Below, piece after piece: positions 50,290-63,674 of a stretch of DNA of 64,000 bases. The notes beneath the pieces were generated by a model. That model worked only from the letters and a program-made list of their open reading frames with translations. It made no database searches and was not told the origin of the DNA. The DNA comes from Schmidtea polychroa (Eukaryota): the NCBI GenBank assembly GCA_044892525.1, contig CM097885.1, positions 16,990,001 to 17,054,000 on the forward strand, given 5' to 3'. Position 1 is the stretch's first letter; the number at the start of each line of letters is the position of its first letter. Both the position numbers and the translations under genes were made by a program.

Positions 50290-51060
50290 TAATCTACTCC
50301 CTTACCATGAAAGACCCATCAAAAAGGGTACATCATTAGATAATTTATCTATCAACTTTAGACATCAAGTTCATTCACGTCTCTGACAAAGATAACGTAG
50401 TTGCTGCTATCGTTCCAGAAACATTTCAGCATAGATTTCAGCAACATTTCATAATAGACGGTATACATTACGATACAATGTATAAAAACACAAGTAGGTC
50501 TATTTTACACTCTTCTCTTCGGAAAGAAGCATTTCTCGAGATTGACAATCTATACCATACAGGAATCAATTTCACGTACCACCTTTTAAATCAAAAAGTA
50601 AACTGGTTCTCATTTATTACAGGCGTAAAACAGTGGGTACCTGAATGTGAAGTTTGTCAACAACAAAAAGTGAACAAACACATTAAACCACCAATCACTC
50701 CATTCGCAACAGATTCAAGATTCAACACACTTCACATAAACCTAGTAGGCAAATTCCCAACAGACGATGGATTCTTCTACATTCAGACAGTGATTGATCA
50801 GAAAGCACACTGGTTTGAGGCTGTTCCCGTCCTTGGAATCATCGCACACAGGCCCACACATGTTTTAGTATTCACCTGGTTTTTACATTACGGAATTCCA
50901 ACCTCAATAATCACAGACCAAGGTACTTAGTTTGGATCAGACCTTTTTGATAATCTTACCACCAGCTTTGGCATCAAACATATATGAATCAACTCATATA
51001 ACCCTCAAACAAATAGTTTTGTTGAGTGCGCATATCGGACTTTATGTTGCCAGCTTTAGT
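50290..51060 (+). pseudogene. Decayed Ty3/Gypsy pol fragment (RNase H end and integrase)
   Basis: CEVCQQQKV, FNTLHINLVG, YGIPTSIITDQGT, YNPQTNSFVE remnants. Confidence 0.8.
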
Positions 51061-51115
51061 CTTCAGAATGGCTCCAATACTTCTACATGATAACACTGGC
51101 CCACATATCTGAAAA

Positions 51116-51340
51116 GTGTCTATGCAAAAATTGAACGAGCTTGGAAACGAAACTTTGCTTCATCCACCATATTTACCAGACCTGGAGCCAACGGTTTTCT
51201 ATTTCTTCAAACATCTCAACAACTACCTACTTGACAAATGCGTCACAAAACAAGGTGATGATGAAATGGCCTTTAACAAGTTCGTCGACCCCAAACTCCT
51301 GATTTTTATGTTGTATGGAATAGACAAATGTCAAAAATGA
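51116..51340 (+). pseudogene. mariner transposase C-terminal fragment
   Basis: HPPYLPDLEPTVFYFF resembles the mariner HPPYSPDLAPSDYHLF motif. Confidence 0.75.
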
Positions 51341-52272
51341 AATGAAATGATTTATTTTCTTTTAAAGTCAAACAGTAAAAACTGATATTTCTTATTTACT
51401 GACTTAATATTTAAATTTCTTATGCCCAAATTTTTGCATTTTGCATATATATTATATACAATGTATTTTTCATTTCCATAATGAAACTAAACTTTTAAAT
51501 ATGGTTGAATTTTTTATACGGCCCAACTGCCTTCAAAAAATTTACCAAAAAACATCCACGAATTAGAATTACAAATGCATTATTGATGTAATAAACAAAA
51601 ATTACGTTGTTTAAATATTCACATTTTCCTTCAACTTGGTTTTTTCAATTGATCAAAAGAAAATTAAAATTATATTCAAAATCCGGAATCGAATTAATTT
51701 GTGGAATATCGTACCGCTTCAATCTCTTTATTCTTCGTATATTTCTGTGTGATTAGTGTTCAAAGTTTATCAATAAAAATATCAGTTCGCATTTGAAGTT
51801 TGAAAAAGAAAAATCAAAATATTGATTTGGAACCAATATCGATTATGGTCGTTTGTTTGCCTTTGTCCATATCAATCTCAGAAGTGAAACAAATACGAAA
51901 CGAAGGTTTTAATACAGATTTTAACGATTCAAATGATAGCCATTTAAACCTTAAAGATTATATTGTATTAGTTAATAAACTTATATCAAATACTTCAAAT
52001 ATTCTTATGCTTCTACAATGATGCTGTTGTGGTTTTCTCGAGTTGATGGATTTCTTTTGTTTCCAGACAAAGATCCACCTGGAATCCGTTGACAACCCTT
52101 TCCACTGAAAAAATATTAAGCAATAAATTGTTTAAGTTAGAGGTAGTTGTCAATATTAATTTTCGATCCCAATGCGACTCACGGGAGCTAAATTTGGTCT
52201 TGCATTTTATTTATCTGTCATTTTATCCCTACTGCCTTTAAAATTGGCTCATCATAGTCGGCTCATTACAAC

Positions 52273-55200
52273 TGTTGGGCTAAGTTTTGAAGTAGAGAAA
52301 AACTGGGTTAAATCGGGAAACGAGCCGCGAAAAATATAAACGAAATATAATAAAAATAAATCCCCATCAAACCTCAATAATAAATAAGGAAACAATAAAA
52401 TACCTATAAAAAGAAATAAGAATAAGTGATAAATAAATAAAGCCCTTAAGAATTAGAAATAGGACATAAGAGAAATGAGTTAAAGCACAATAAATAAAGT
52501 AAAAATAGAATAAGCAAAAAAGTAAGAGAAAATAAACGAGAAATTAAAGCAATAAATAAAAAATAAAAATATCTTTAAGTTTAATTAAAACAAAAATTGT
52601 ATTATGATAAAGTAGCAGTGAACCCGCAGAAAAAATAGGAGAAAAATAAGAAAAATAGGAAAATAAATAAAATAATAATAAGAAATAAGTTAAGTTATTA
52701 AAAGCTAATATATTATAATGAAAACATAAAATAATAATAAATATTAAAAATTACAACCTAACTAAGTCCTGATTGGACGAAAAATAGTATATAAGAAACG
52801 CTAAAAATCAGTAGAGTACCACTTTAACCAACAACTCTACAGGTAAAATTTGTAAAACTTATCACGACCACTTTAACCAACAACTCTACAGGTTTCAAGA
52901 TTTTATTCACAAACTACTACAGAGGACTAATCCAAAGAAGACTAATTTGAATTGAGGAAGAAACATACAGCGAACTATTTACAGCATTATACAGGAAAAC
53001 CTTAGCCGATTTAACCCAGTTATTTAATCTCAAGGTATGGTAGGATATTTTTAGGTTTGATTTTATGATAGATATGATGGAATTTAATAAATATTTATAA
53101 TTGATATTAAATTTTGTAAATAACAAGGAAAATTTGTTCAATAAATTTATTTAAAAACAGAACCTGCCTTTCTTCAAGGAGCCGACGACTGTACCTTCTG
53201 ATGATTTCAAGTATGATGCCAAATGGAGAGAGTAGCCCCGAGGAATATTATGATATGTAGCCAAGAGATGTTGCGGATATTGGATCAGGAGCAAGCGATA
53301 ATAGTGGATACGATGCCAATACTGTCAGGGAATATTGGGTTGGAAAATGAGAAAGCATCATACTTGGAACTCAGACGATATGGTCGCCGGTAATTTGATT
53401 CATTTACTTGATTATTATTTGTTCCATTTTTATTATTTATATCTGAAATTTGTTTTTAAATTGCTGAATGCGAAAGAGTCGACTGGTCCCTCGTGATCGT
53501 CCGAGAATGGCGGCAGAGATGATTGCCTTCTTGGGTGTGTTATGAGGGGTGTAGAGGCTCAGTAGGTTAGGATAACAGGCTGAAAGATGGAATTTCTTCA
53601 CCGAGCTCGCATCGTTCTTAGTAAGTTCCATAGCTTCAATAAGTCACATCGATACTTCTAATAATAGCGGAGGAGATTTAAGTTGAGAGCCGAAGACAGT
53701 TCGGAGTTGAGATTGACAATTTCATCAACGTATTAAGAATCCACATAGTTCGGCGAAATTTCTTCATAACGGTCAACCCGTCAGTCGGGATAGTGAACGA
53801 GAATGTTGTCGACGAAGCTTGGAGTGTAAATCCAGTAAATCTCGTAGAGTATTGTTTTCCTCGGTATACTAGTAGAATCTGAACCGTCGATATGTTAGCG
53901 ATGACACCCGTCGACGAATGTACTTTTAAGTTAAGTGATTAGCTTCGAATCGCTGATAAACATCGTCTTCCCTGAAAAGAATGTAAATAAGTAGGAGAGG
54001 TTATCAGATTACTCACGGAAAAATGACAGAAATCGCTGACAGATTTATCAATTGATCACTGACTGAATTGAGGAACCACGATAGGAGTTATCAGTGACTT
54101 GAGAAATGAATTGCCGGCAGATGATAACTGATCGAATTGAATGACCAACGAAACCAGATAATACCGATAATAAATTTCCACGAGGAATAATCTAATTGAC
54201 GCGTGGGTAGACCTTGTCTTGTACTGGCTGCGTAATGATCGAGGCAGATTAAAAATTCTAGCTTAGTTATTGCTCATCGGATTACTATGTACAATTCCAG
54301 GGTGATACTTGTGAACACTTAGTGATAATTCCAATATATTATGTAACTGTACACACCTACACACTCCATCGTGAATAGTCTCCCAGTAGGGTAGCAGAGT
54401 ACTCTTGGCATTGGAATTTGGCCGTGATGTCACAATTACATAGTAACCTACTCGTAATTCCCTGAGTTGGTAGGCTGGTGTGTATGAACAACAGAGCAGA
54501 TCGTCTCCACTGCGATTTAATACGACGTCGAATTTTCTCCACTATCACATAGAAATAGACACACATGAAAGCTCAAGGTGGAGATACTCCAACAATGCAT
54601 ACCGACTCAGTTAATAAATATAAGAAAATGCACACATCTACAGGTAGGCGTCACTAGGGCGACAGAAGTAGCGCGATTTTTAAAAGAATTTTTGGAATTT
54701 AAATTATAATATAATTAGCTAATAGTATATATTTAAAGTCCTTTATGTAAATTCGTAATCACAATGCATCATAAGGAGAGATAAATTTTTCCTGCGTTCT
54801 AGCAATACGGAGTAGGTACAAATTGATAAACTGAAATCCCCAACAATCGGATGCTATTCTTTTCCATTAATTACGAACGTAAATATGTTTGACTATAGCA
54901 GCCGGCTAAAATGCAACGAGTATGAGTTATCCGACCCGAGGGTAAAGATAGAGTTTTCATCGAACAAGTTAAAAGCGAGGATTCCCCGTTTTCTTCTCTC
55001 CCTCATCTTGAATCAATAAATCAATCGGAAGGTTGTTTCCTAAATGAGTGAATGAGGAGTGCTGAATTGTGTGAAAACAAGTTGTTTTATTGTATGCTGT
55101 GGCGTGGTATGATGAGTGAAATCTTTGAGTTTAGTGTCTCGATAGAATTTGGAACTAGATATATTTTAACCGTTAAAACGGATTACTAGAGAAAACTTAG

Positions 55201-56631
55201 CTGAGACATTAAAAACATGAAATTTATGAATCAAAACACTTCGTGAAAATTACAGAATTATAACTAATGAATTCTTGTACTGGATACCTTAATAATTATC
55301 GCAATTCGGTTTGAACCATGATTAATTTTCTAGATGACAACACCATCCAATAACGCCCAAGAACTTCGTCCGTGTTTCTCTTGCGCTGACAAGAACTCGG
55401 ACATCTCTCAACTTCATTTATATATAGGGGCCCTCAAGAAGAGGATAGATCTTTATGAAGGAACGTGGTTCTCCCCGCCACAGATGAAGGAGGAAAAAGC
55501 TAAGATCCTCAGGTTAGAACATTGTAGGGACAGCCTACTAGAAGAAAGCCGATGCCAAAGGCTCACAATAAAAGCACAATCAGAAGCCCTCCATAAGGTC
55601 TACACGGAGGCAGAAATAGCAAAGCGGGTACGCGAATATCCCGTATTGGATGGATCGAATGTCTTTCCTCTCCATCACCAGTCATCTACAACTCCCACCT
55701 CAGCTTGTCGAGGGCACGGTTCCCATCTACCGCCCATCCCAGCCCCAGTGCTGTCAGGATACTTACCTATGAAAGGCGGTCCATCTGACCCAATTCTGGC
55801 CCCGATCCTAGGGGCACCCACAGTATCTACTGCTGTTGGAGGAAATCCGCCATCACGCAAACGCAAACACCCAACTAGGGCCGAGAAGACTAAGAAACGA
55901 AGAAATGCAATGAAGGCACTCGAGGCTTCTTTGTTCGCAGCGCAGACGACAATAGCAGAGATATCCACCACTCATACGATTCCCTCGAAAGAAGTTTTCC
56001 GTATCATTCCAGCTAACGGCATCAAGTTTATCTCGGATTGTAGATTGCCGGTAGACATCGACGAGTTAATTGCCGACGGAGAAAACTTCAACTAAAACGG
56101 TTCGCGAGTGATCCTGAATGTATTTCGAGTCGTGAATTGACTGATAAACTTCGTTAATATTGTGCATCCTAACCGTCCATATGATATTGTATTAATAAGT
56201 GTGATGATGTTTGTTTATTTTCATTTCGGTATTAATATATTTTGTCTATTTAGTTCTGTTTTATAAAGATTTTCATATGTTTGGTTTTTTGAGAATAAAA
56301 TGGTTCAGTATTACGGAAGGAAAGCTAGTAGGCTAACGGTCGTTCCCTTGGACCAGGATCGAACCAAGACTGAAACATGAATAAGGGTAAGTCCTTCTAA
56401 GGCACCAGTGAACCTGAACCGCGAGCGGGCTATCAGTAGTCCTAAAATAGGGGCTCACCTGTTAGTCAGCTCCGACCCGTATGGGCACTACCAACGTGGA
56501 ACATCACCACGGGCTCATGCGTGGGAAGATGTAAATGATCATTTGGCGTATGCATGGGAGGTGTCTGAGCTAACCAATGCGGTCGGTATGATAATGATGG
56601 TGTGAGTTTTCTTCTCCCTCATATGCCAACA
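52273..56631 (+). mobile_element. Giant solo-LTR-like element, copy D (4359 bp, divergent subfamily)
   Basis: TGTTGG...CCAACA termini; TSD CAAC at 52269-52272 and 56632-56635; same internal layout as copies A and B. Confidence 0.92.
55334..56095 (+). CDS. LTR-encoded unknown protein, intact copy (253 aa)
   Basis: RPCFSCADKN, GTWFSP, EHCRD, QSEALHKVY, RKRKHPTRAEKTKKRR, RII.A.G, DIDELIAD. Acceptor TTTTCTAG abuts the ATG. Confidence 0.85.
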   Translation: MTTPSNNAQELRPCFSCADKNSDISQLHLYIGALKKRIDLYEGTWFSPPQMKEEKAKILRLEHCRDSLLEESRCQRLTIKAQSEALHKVYTEAEIAKRVREYPVLDGSNVFPLHHQSSTTPTSACRGHGSHLPPIPAPVLSGYLPMKGGPSDPILAPILGAPTVSTAVGGNPPSRKRKHPTRAEKTKKRRNAMKALEASLFAAQTTIAEISTTHTIPSKEVFRIIPANGIKFISDCRLPVDIDELIADGENFN

Positions 56632-57781
56632 CAACATATATTATATAATTCGCACACTTTCCAGCATTTCCTATTGTTGGCGATGCTCTGTTAAAATCAT
56701 CATCTCAAATCCTGTAATATCTGAATGTCACCTCACGATTCAAATCCGTCACGATTCAGTCAACAAAACAGAAATAAACAATAATATGAAAACAAACAAC
56801 ATTTTAATGTAATATTATCAGAAAAAAACAACACAAAATCATTTTAGATGGTATGATCTTTCAAAATACGAGTTATCCATATCTGCCCGGGGATAGAGTT
56901 ATTTCTCAGGCATCTATACTGTCCAAATTCCTCTACTATGCATCGTCAGATAGGTGACACAAGCCTCTGCCCGCACTGAAAATCCTGTCCTCAGGTATAT
57001 CTTGTTCCATCCGTTCGAGGCGAGCCAGCGCATCGTTACGTCTTGTATCGCTGTGGCTATGGTTATTCACGAAGGATTGAGAATTTGCGTTCTCTTCGGA
57101 AGAGCTTCACGTCGTCCATTACTTTGTTTACCTGCTCGGAGTTTTTTATGTGAATCTGAAATTGTTGCACAATAGTCTTAGTCACAGTTTACACACCAAT
57201 CTGTATTGTAGAAGTTTTTATTCCGTACAACCGGTCTAAAAGGTATGTCTCAGTAGAGGTGTTTGTACACAACCAAAATTGTAACACATTCAATTCTAAA
57301 ATTGCGTGAGTTTTTGGCTAGGAAATAGTAATTTACTCCCGTTTACACGGAAAAGAAATTTATGAAAATCTATGAATGACTCTTGCTTTGTCATAGAAAC
57401 TCCATTAAAGTTTTTTTTTCAATATCGCTCAGCATTCCTTCGACCTGCACCTTTAGAAGATAACTTTAGCATAAGAATTCCAATAGAAAACTAAGTTTAT
57501 TTATTTAAATATTTTTTCATTGTTCCTCTAATTGTAACTTTCAGTTAGATTCTACTTCGCTTTCCTTGCTTTTGTTTATTTCATTCTTCGATCAACTGAT
57601 ATTTGGTTATTAGTGCCGTTCTTATATAGGTTTATCTCTTTCAAATAATTCAATTAACCAACATCAAAACAATTTCATAAGAACAATTTTCCTAAAAACA
57701 AAATAATAAGATTGGCGACATTTCGACTTTATGTAAACAGACTTTTTGAGTATCGAATAATTAATAATAGTACTTGTAATA

Positions 57782-57817
<36 letters not shown>

Positions 57818-57821
57818 GCAA

Positions 57822-57929
<108 letters not shown>

Positions 57930-58459
57930 TAATAGTAATTGCTCTTTGAGCTTATATAATTTAATTTTTCTCATTGGTTCATTGCTATTTCCTTTTCTGT
58001 TCCCCTTTTAAGGAGAAAATTCCTTTAATTGTTCACTATTTAAAAAAGTTTTTTATTTTTTTAATTTTTTTGAAATAGCTTCTTCATATATATTCTAAGG
58101 TTTTAATTCTTAAGGTCGGATCACCAAATGATTCTTTAGTTTTTGAATTTCAAATACAAAGATTTGAATCATCACATTAAAAAAATCATAAGAAATTAAT
58201 TTATTAATTTGAAAATCTCATTATTTTATATAATTGGTTCCTTCGGCCTTTGGAAGTCCCTTAAAATGGAGATGAAGTCCATGCCTAATGGAAATTAGTT
58301 TGAGGCTGCGTGGTTAATATCAAAGGATATGAGATAAGTTTAATAACAAGTACAACAATTGTGACTAATTTTCATTACTTTGAAAATCAAAATAATGGTA
58401 AATAATAAACGAATATTTTTCAATAAGGAACTATATCTCTAAAATAAATTAATAAATAC

Positions 58460-61305
58460 CAGTGGCGTCGCTAGGCGGGTGCGGGAGGTGCGGACACCAT
58501 CTCAGATGGGTAACACCAAATAAAAAAGTTCAAATTTTACAGCGCAGACGTTGCTCGGTTCAGTCGTATTTCATGACGCTTGGTATGAAATGGGATGACG
58601 TAGATGTGCAGGTGTTTACATACTCATTTTTCTATCAAAACAGTAAATTTTGTGAAACTTGTAATTAAAACTTGTAAACTAACCTGTTTAAAGTAAATTA
58701 GAACAGAACGTAATTTTTATAACAGATGAACAGCGAAGAAAGGATTATACTCATAAAGTGAGTATTACTAGTAATTAATTACTGCTCTGATAATGACAAC
58801 ACGCACATATTCGTTGATCTTCTGTGAGGCCCCTCAATTGGTATCGGTACATAGCTGCTGTTGCTTTCCTACAAAAATCCATTTGCAATGCATGATGGGT
58901 GGATTTGGCTGCCCACTAATTATATATTTGTACTCCTAATTATTTACCAATTGTTGATTTAATATTTTGGTTATTATATGATTTGCTAGCGCAGAAGAAG
59001 AAAATAAAGGGCCTTCAAATAAATTGTGCATGTAAATAGTTATAATTCAACTATTTAAATATATAATATTATATTTTTATTGTTCAAGATAATTCGATCA
59101 TGCCACATAGAGTGGACAAATCTAAACGGCTTAGTGGCTGCCAGCAGCGAAAAGCTAAAATGAAAAGGTGTGACTCACTAAAACCACTGCCAGGATCCAT
59201 GATGCGATATGTTAAGAAACTAGATGATGGCAAGGGTTCATCAAAAGACGTTCCTCAGTCTACAATCGATAATGATTCCTCCGATGCTAGCAGTATGAAT
59301 TCTATAGAAGAGCAAGTAGTTGACGAGATTGACGAGATTGACGACGAAATACAAAAAATATACGTGTATGATTTGGAAGCGACAGAGAATGATGATAACG
59401 TTGATTCAAACCAAGATACTGCAAATTTGATGCTGAGTCAGGTTAATGAGAAAAATTGTAATATTTTATCTGATGCTTCTTTCTGGAATATACCAGTTCC
59501 TGATAACTTTCGGATTGAAATTATCAAAAGAGGGATTCCCTCGTTTCAGAACATGGACCGTTTAGTGTTGTGACAAGGCAAGATGAAGAGACTAAAGGAG
59601 ACGTGCGCAAGCTAAGCAAACAATAGTTCTACAAGATGATACCAAATTGGGAGAAAATACTGCGGTCATGGATGGTTTATTCACCCGTCAATGAGAAATT
59701 ATACTGCTTTTGCTGCAGACTGTTTGCTACTAATGTTACAGAAACAACATCCAAATTTATTACTGGGTTTGATAAGTGATGGAAACTGAGCCCGAAATGA
59801 GATAATCGTGAGACATCAGAAGAACATCTAGGTTGCCTTGAAAAATGGAAAACATTTGCAGCAGGACTTAGATAACACAAAATAATTGATGCTGAAAGTA
59901 TTTCTATTATGGTCAGGGAGAAGAAAAAGTGGAGGGATATCTTGCACAGATTGCACATTGTTTCTTTCTAAGCAAAATCTGGCATTTTGTGGCCGCAACG
60001 AAGATGAAGCTTCATTAAATAGAGATGGTTGGGATGCTTTCTAAACATGACCCAGTACTGAAAAAACACCTGATGAGACTAACGAGGATTACATATACAG
60101 TAAAAGCATCAGTATCTTACCTTTCACCAGAAACGCAAAATCAATTTATAAAAGTCCTGGCAAATCAAGTAATGGAGATTCTTGTCAAGGATATAAAAAC
60201 TACGAGGTATTTTGGAATTAAGTTCGACAGCACACTTGAAATATCACACACTGACCAGATGTCTGAGGTTATCAGATATGTGAAAATCCACAATGAGAAA
60301 GTTGAAATGAAGGAAGTGTTCTTTGGATTTTTCCCTTTAAGTGGGAAAAAATGCTGATGACCTTAGTTCTGACATTCTTACAAATCTAAAATGCGACGGA
60401 CTTGATATAATGATGTCCATGGAGGGGTTCAGGCCATTCTGAAAAGAAAGAATAAGAAAGCGATTTTTAATGGGTGCGTGGATCATTCAATGAACTTGTG
60501 TGGCCAACACTCTTTTGGCGAAAATGCTTCATGTGTTACATTTTTTGATACTATTGAGGGAATATTTTCATTCTGCTGCTTCCACTGATCGATGGGATGT
60601 TTTGATTGAACACTCTGGAATGTCGGTAGGTTATCAACAACACTTTGGAATGCTCATTATGCTGCTGTTAACCCAGTGAAAGATAAGTTTGATGAATGTA
60701 TAGCGGCGATGTGATCCTAGTGAAAATTTGGACACAAGGGATACATCACAAGATCTTTTAAATACTCTCGGTGATTTCATGTTCACCTTTACCTCTGGGC
60801 TGATCTACTTGAAAAAGTCAATCTTACTCAGCATTACCAGCAGACTAAAGGCTTAACTCTTGACAATGTTGTAACTAGGTTAGAGGCCTTATAATTGTTT
60901 CTGTTCGAGAAACGCAGTCACTTAGTTGAGCATGCAATAAAACTGGGACTTCTAAAATCAGACCAATATGGAATTTCGGTAGGAAGAAGATTAAGGTTCC
61001 AGAAGACAATGTCGGGGAACAACTGAGAGACGCTGGACTCTCTCTGCGAGAAGAAAACAGTAGGGAGATGCTGGAATGTATTGATCGTTTTCATTCTGAA
61101 CTCCAGATGAGATCAAAAGCGATCAAGGAAGAGTCTACTTTCGGCAAGTCAAGAAGAGTTACTGGTATACATTCCCAAATTAACCTCTTTCTATGACAAG
61201 TTATCTGAAGATGAGCTTTTAAAAGAAATACCGAGGTTTAGAAGGCACCTAAAAGCAGCTGATATTGATCTCCACAAAGACATGGACTAGTCCAGCTATG
61301 TCCAA
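58460..61305 (+). mobile_element. Decayed hAT (Tip100/ZMYM1-like) transposon, 3' part interrupted
   Basis: 5' end CAGTGGCGTCGCTAGG; KRLSGCQQRK start; LYCFCCRLF; SYLSPETQN...FDSTLEISHTDQMS fragments. Confidence 0.8.
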
Positions 61306-62640
61306 TAGGGTGGGTCGAATGTTAATAAATTTTGAGTTCAAGAAAGGAAACATGGTTAAAAAGTTGTATTTTGGTATAGAAAAATCGAATCAAACCATTT
61401 TACTTAGATTTATGGACATTTACTGCTCCCAACTTTTCTCCGAAAATGCAGTTCAACATAAGTGTGAAAACAATGTAATTTGGCTAGTGTCGGAATGTGT
61501 TTTGCGCCTTTGTCCATATTTAGATGTAGCTTTCTTAAGAGCTTATAAGTATATTATTTACTCTCTTGGGCTGAGATAGTATATTCTGTGTCCTCATCCC
61601 GCATTGAAATATATCCTGACAACGTCAGTGATTAGGAAGGGCCAAATTTGAATTATCCTTTTCAAAGACAAAAATCAACTTTCGAAATTATTTTTTATTA
61701 AAAACATCCAGCCAAAAGTTTAGAAATGTATTAGCGAGGGCATAAAAAGAAGTCACATGAAATCAGCTTTGCTTTGCACCTTGGGCAATTCCTTCCTTGA
61801 TTTTTTACACAGTAGTACCATACCATGTCTGGACTTGTGACCAAACACTTTGCAACTGGCAGAAGAAACATCTTTGATGGCTCTTTCAACGGCTTGAGAA
61901 TGACAGGGAAATTGTTCTAATGTAATTTTCATATTCATCTTCAATTCATGACCCAATATATGAGATAAAAGAGGGGGAGGCGTCAAATTACATTTTGTCC
62001 AGTCAATCATGTCAACATATGATGTAGCAGACGACTGAAGAAAGACAGTATTCTTGTCCATAGTGCGAATCACTTCGGAAGGGAGAAAATTTTGTCTTGC
62101 AGTTATGATTTTTTCTGTTGCAAACTTTCTGATTTCTTCATCATCATCACCAACAGCAGCTAGGAGTATATTTTCTGGATGTGAGAAGTAATTGTTGTTC
62201 TGAATGACAGGAAAGATGATTTCTTGGTCTGATGGATCCAAATCCTGCAGAAGTTGGAGCATATAAAAAATATTTCTTGCACCATCTTGGCATGACGAGT
62301 GAGTCTTTATATAAAACCATGACGGTCCATAGAAATTGACAATAAATTTCACTATTCGCATGAGAGGTTCAGATGGAGCAGTTTCGGACATATATAGTCG
62401 CAGAATTCTATTAGCTTTCGTTAGCCAGCGACTGTGATTCAAATTTCCTGGTTGTGCCATTTGTAGAAAAGGGACATCCTTGTTGTTGTGGTACCCTTTC
62501 TGGACTGCCAAGCATACTCTGAGGAAATACAATTGATCAGTGTTCAATTCTTTCTTGACATTTTCACTAATATCTACGACCTTTCCAGGAAGGGACATAA
62601 AGGCTACTACGGGCTTGTCTTTTGGATCAAAATCAAGAAC
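61306..62640 (-). mobile_element. hATm-like transposon 3' portion with transposase C-terminus (61753-62598)
   Basis: TAGGGTGGGTCG terminus at 61306; HSRWLTKANR, HPENILL and FPCHSQAVER motifs. Confidence 0.8.
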
Positions 62641-62649
62641 GCTTCCTAT

Positions 62650-63674
62650 TTCACCAACCTGCGGCCCATTCTATAATTTTGTGCGGCCCGTTTTGTATAA
62701 ATATTTATTGTAATGAAATATCAAATATAAATTTTTATTGTAGTAAAATATCACATGTGCGTTCAAAATTTTTTTTAATGTGTATTTTTTTATTTTTTTT
62801 CTAAAAAACGGTTACTTTTAAGATTTCTTTTTTAGTTTTAACTATCATGCATAAAATGGTTGCTATGATTACAAGTAAAAAATTGTTTAAAAAATCATTA
62901 TTATTTCATTTATAATCAAATATCATTGAGTAAATTATTTTTAATTTATTTTAATCTTAGTCTTTTATTAAGGACTTTCTATCCATTATGTCTGATAAGA
63001 ATAAAAAAAGAAAATTTGAAGATGAAAACAGACAATTTCAAATTGAATGGGAAAATTTATATTTTTACACGCAGGTGAAGGAAAACGCTATATGTTTAAT
63101 TTGTCGTCAATCTACCTCAATATTAAAATCATATAATTTGAGACGACATTTTGAACAAAAACATGATGATTATAAAAAATATACTAAAGACGAACGAAAA
63201 GTGAAATTAGATACACTTAAAGCAAATCTGAACGCAGAACGAAATATATTTCATAAACAAACAATTCAATCTAATGCCATCGTTAATGCCAGCATGCGAA
63301 TATCACACATTATTGGGAAAAAATGAAGCCCTTTTCAGATGGTCAATACATCAAAGAATGCCTTATTACTGCAGTTGAAGAAATTATTCCAGAAAAAGTT
63401 AAGATTTTTGGTCAAATCAGTCTATCACATCAAACTTTATCACGAAGAATTGATAACAATTCAACTGATATTTGTTCTACGCTGGACATGGTTTCTAAAG
63501 AGTTTGTTTATTTCTCACTGGCTTTGGATGAGACAACAGATATTAAAGACACTGCATAACTTGCTATTTTTATTCGAGGTGTTAATAGTGAAATGAGTGT
63601 AACTGAATAACTTCTGGAAGTTATGAGTTTGAAAGGCACAACTACCGGAAAAAATATACAAAAAGCTGTCGTAA
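62650..63674 (+). mobile_element. hAT Charlie/Buster (GTF2IRD2-like) transposon 5' portion, decayed
   Basis: CCAACCTGCGGCCC subterminal motif; KRKFEDENRQF, CLIC...YNLRRHF...KH, KPFSDG, SLALDETTD motifs with a frameshift and stops. Confidence 0.85.

Noticed and set aside
57120..57210. B-box-like peptide WCVNCD*DYCATISDSHKKLR on the minus strand
   Set aside because: Short, contains a stop and lacks a key Cys; not enough to call.
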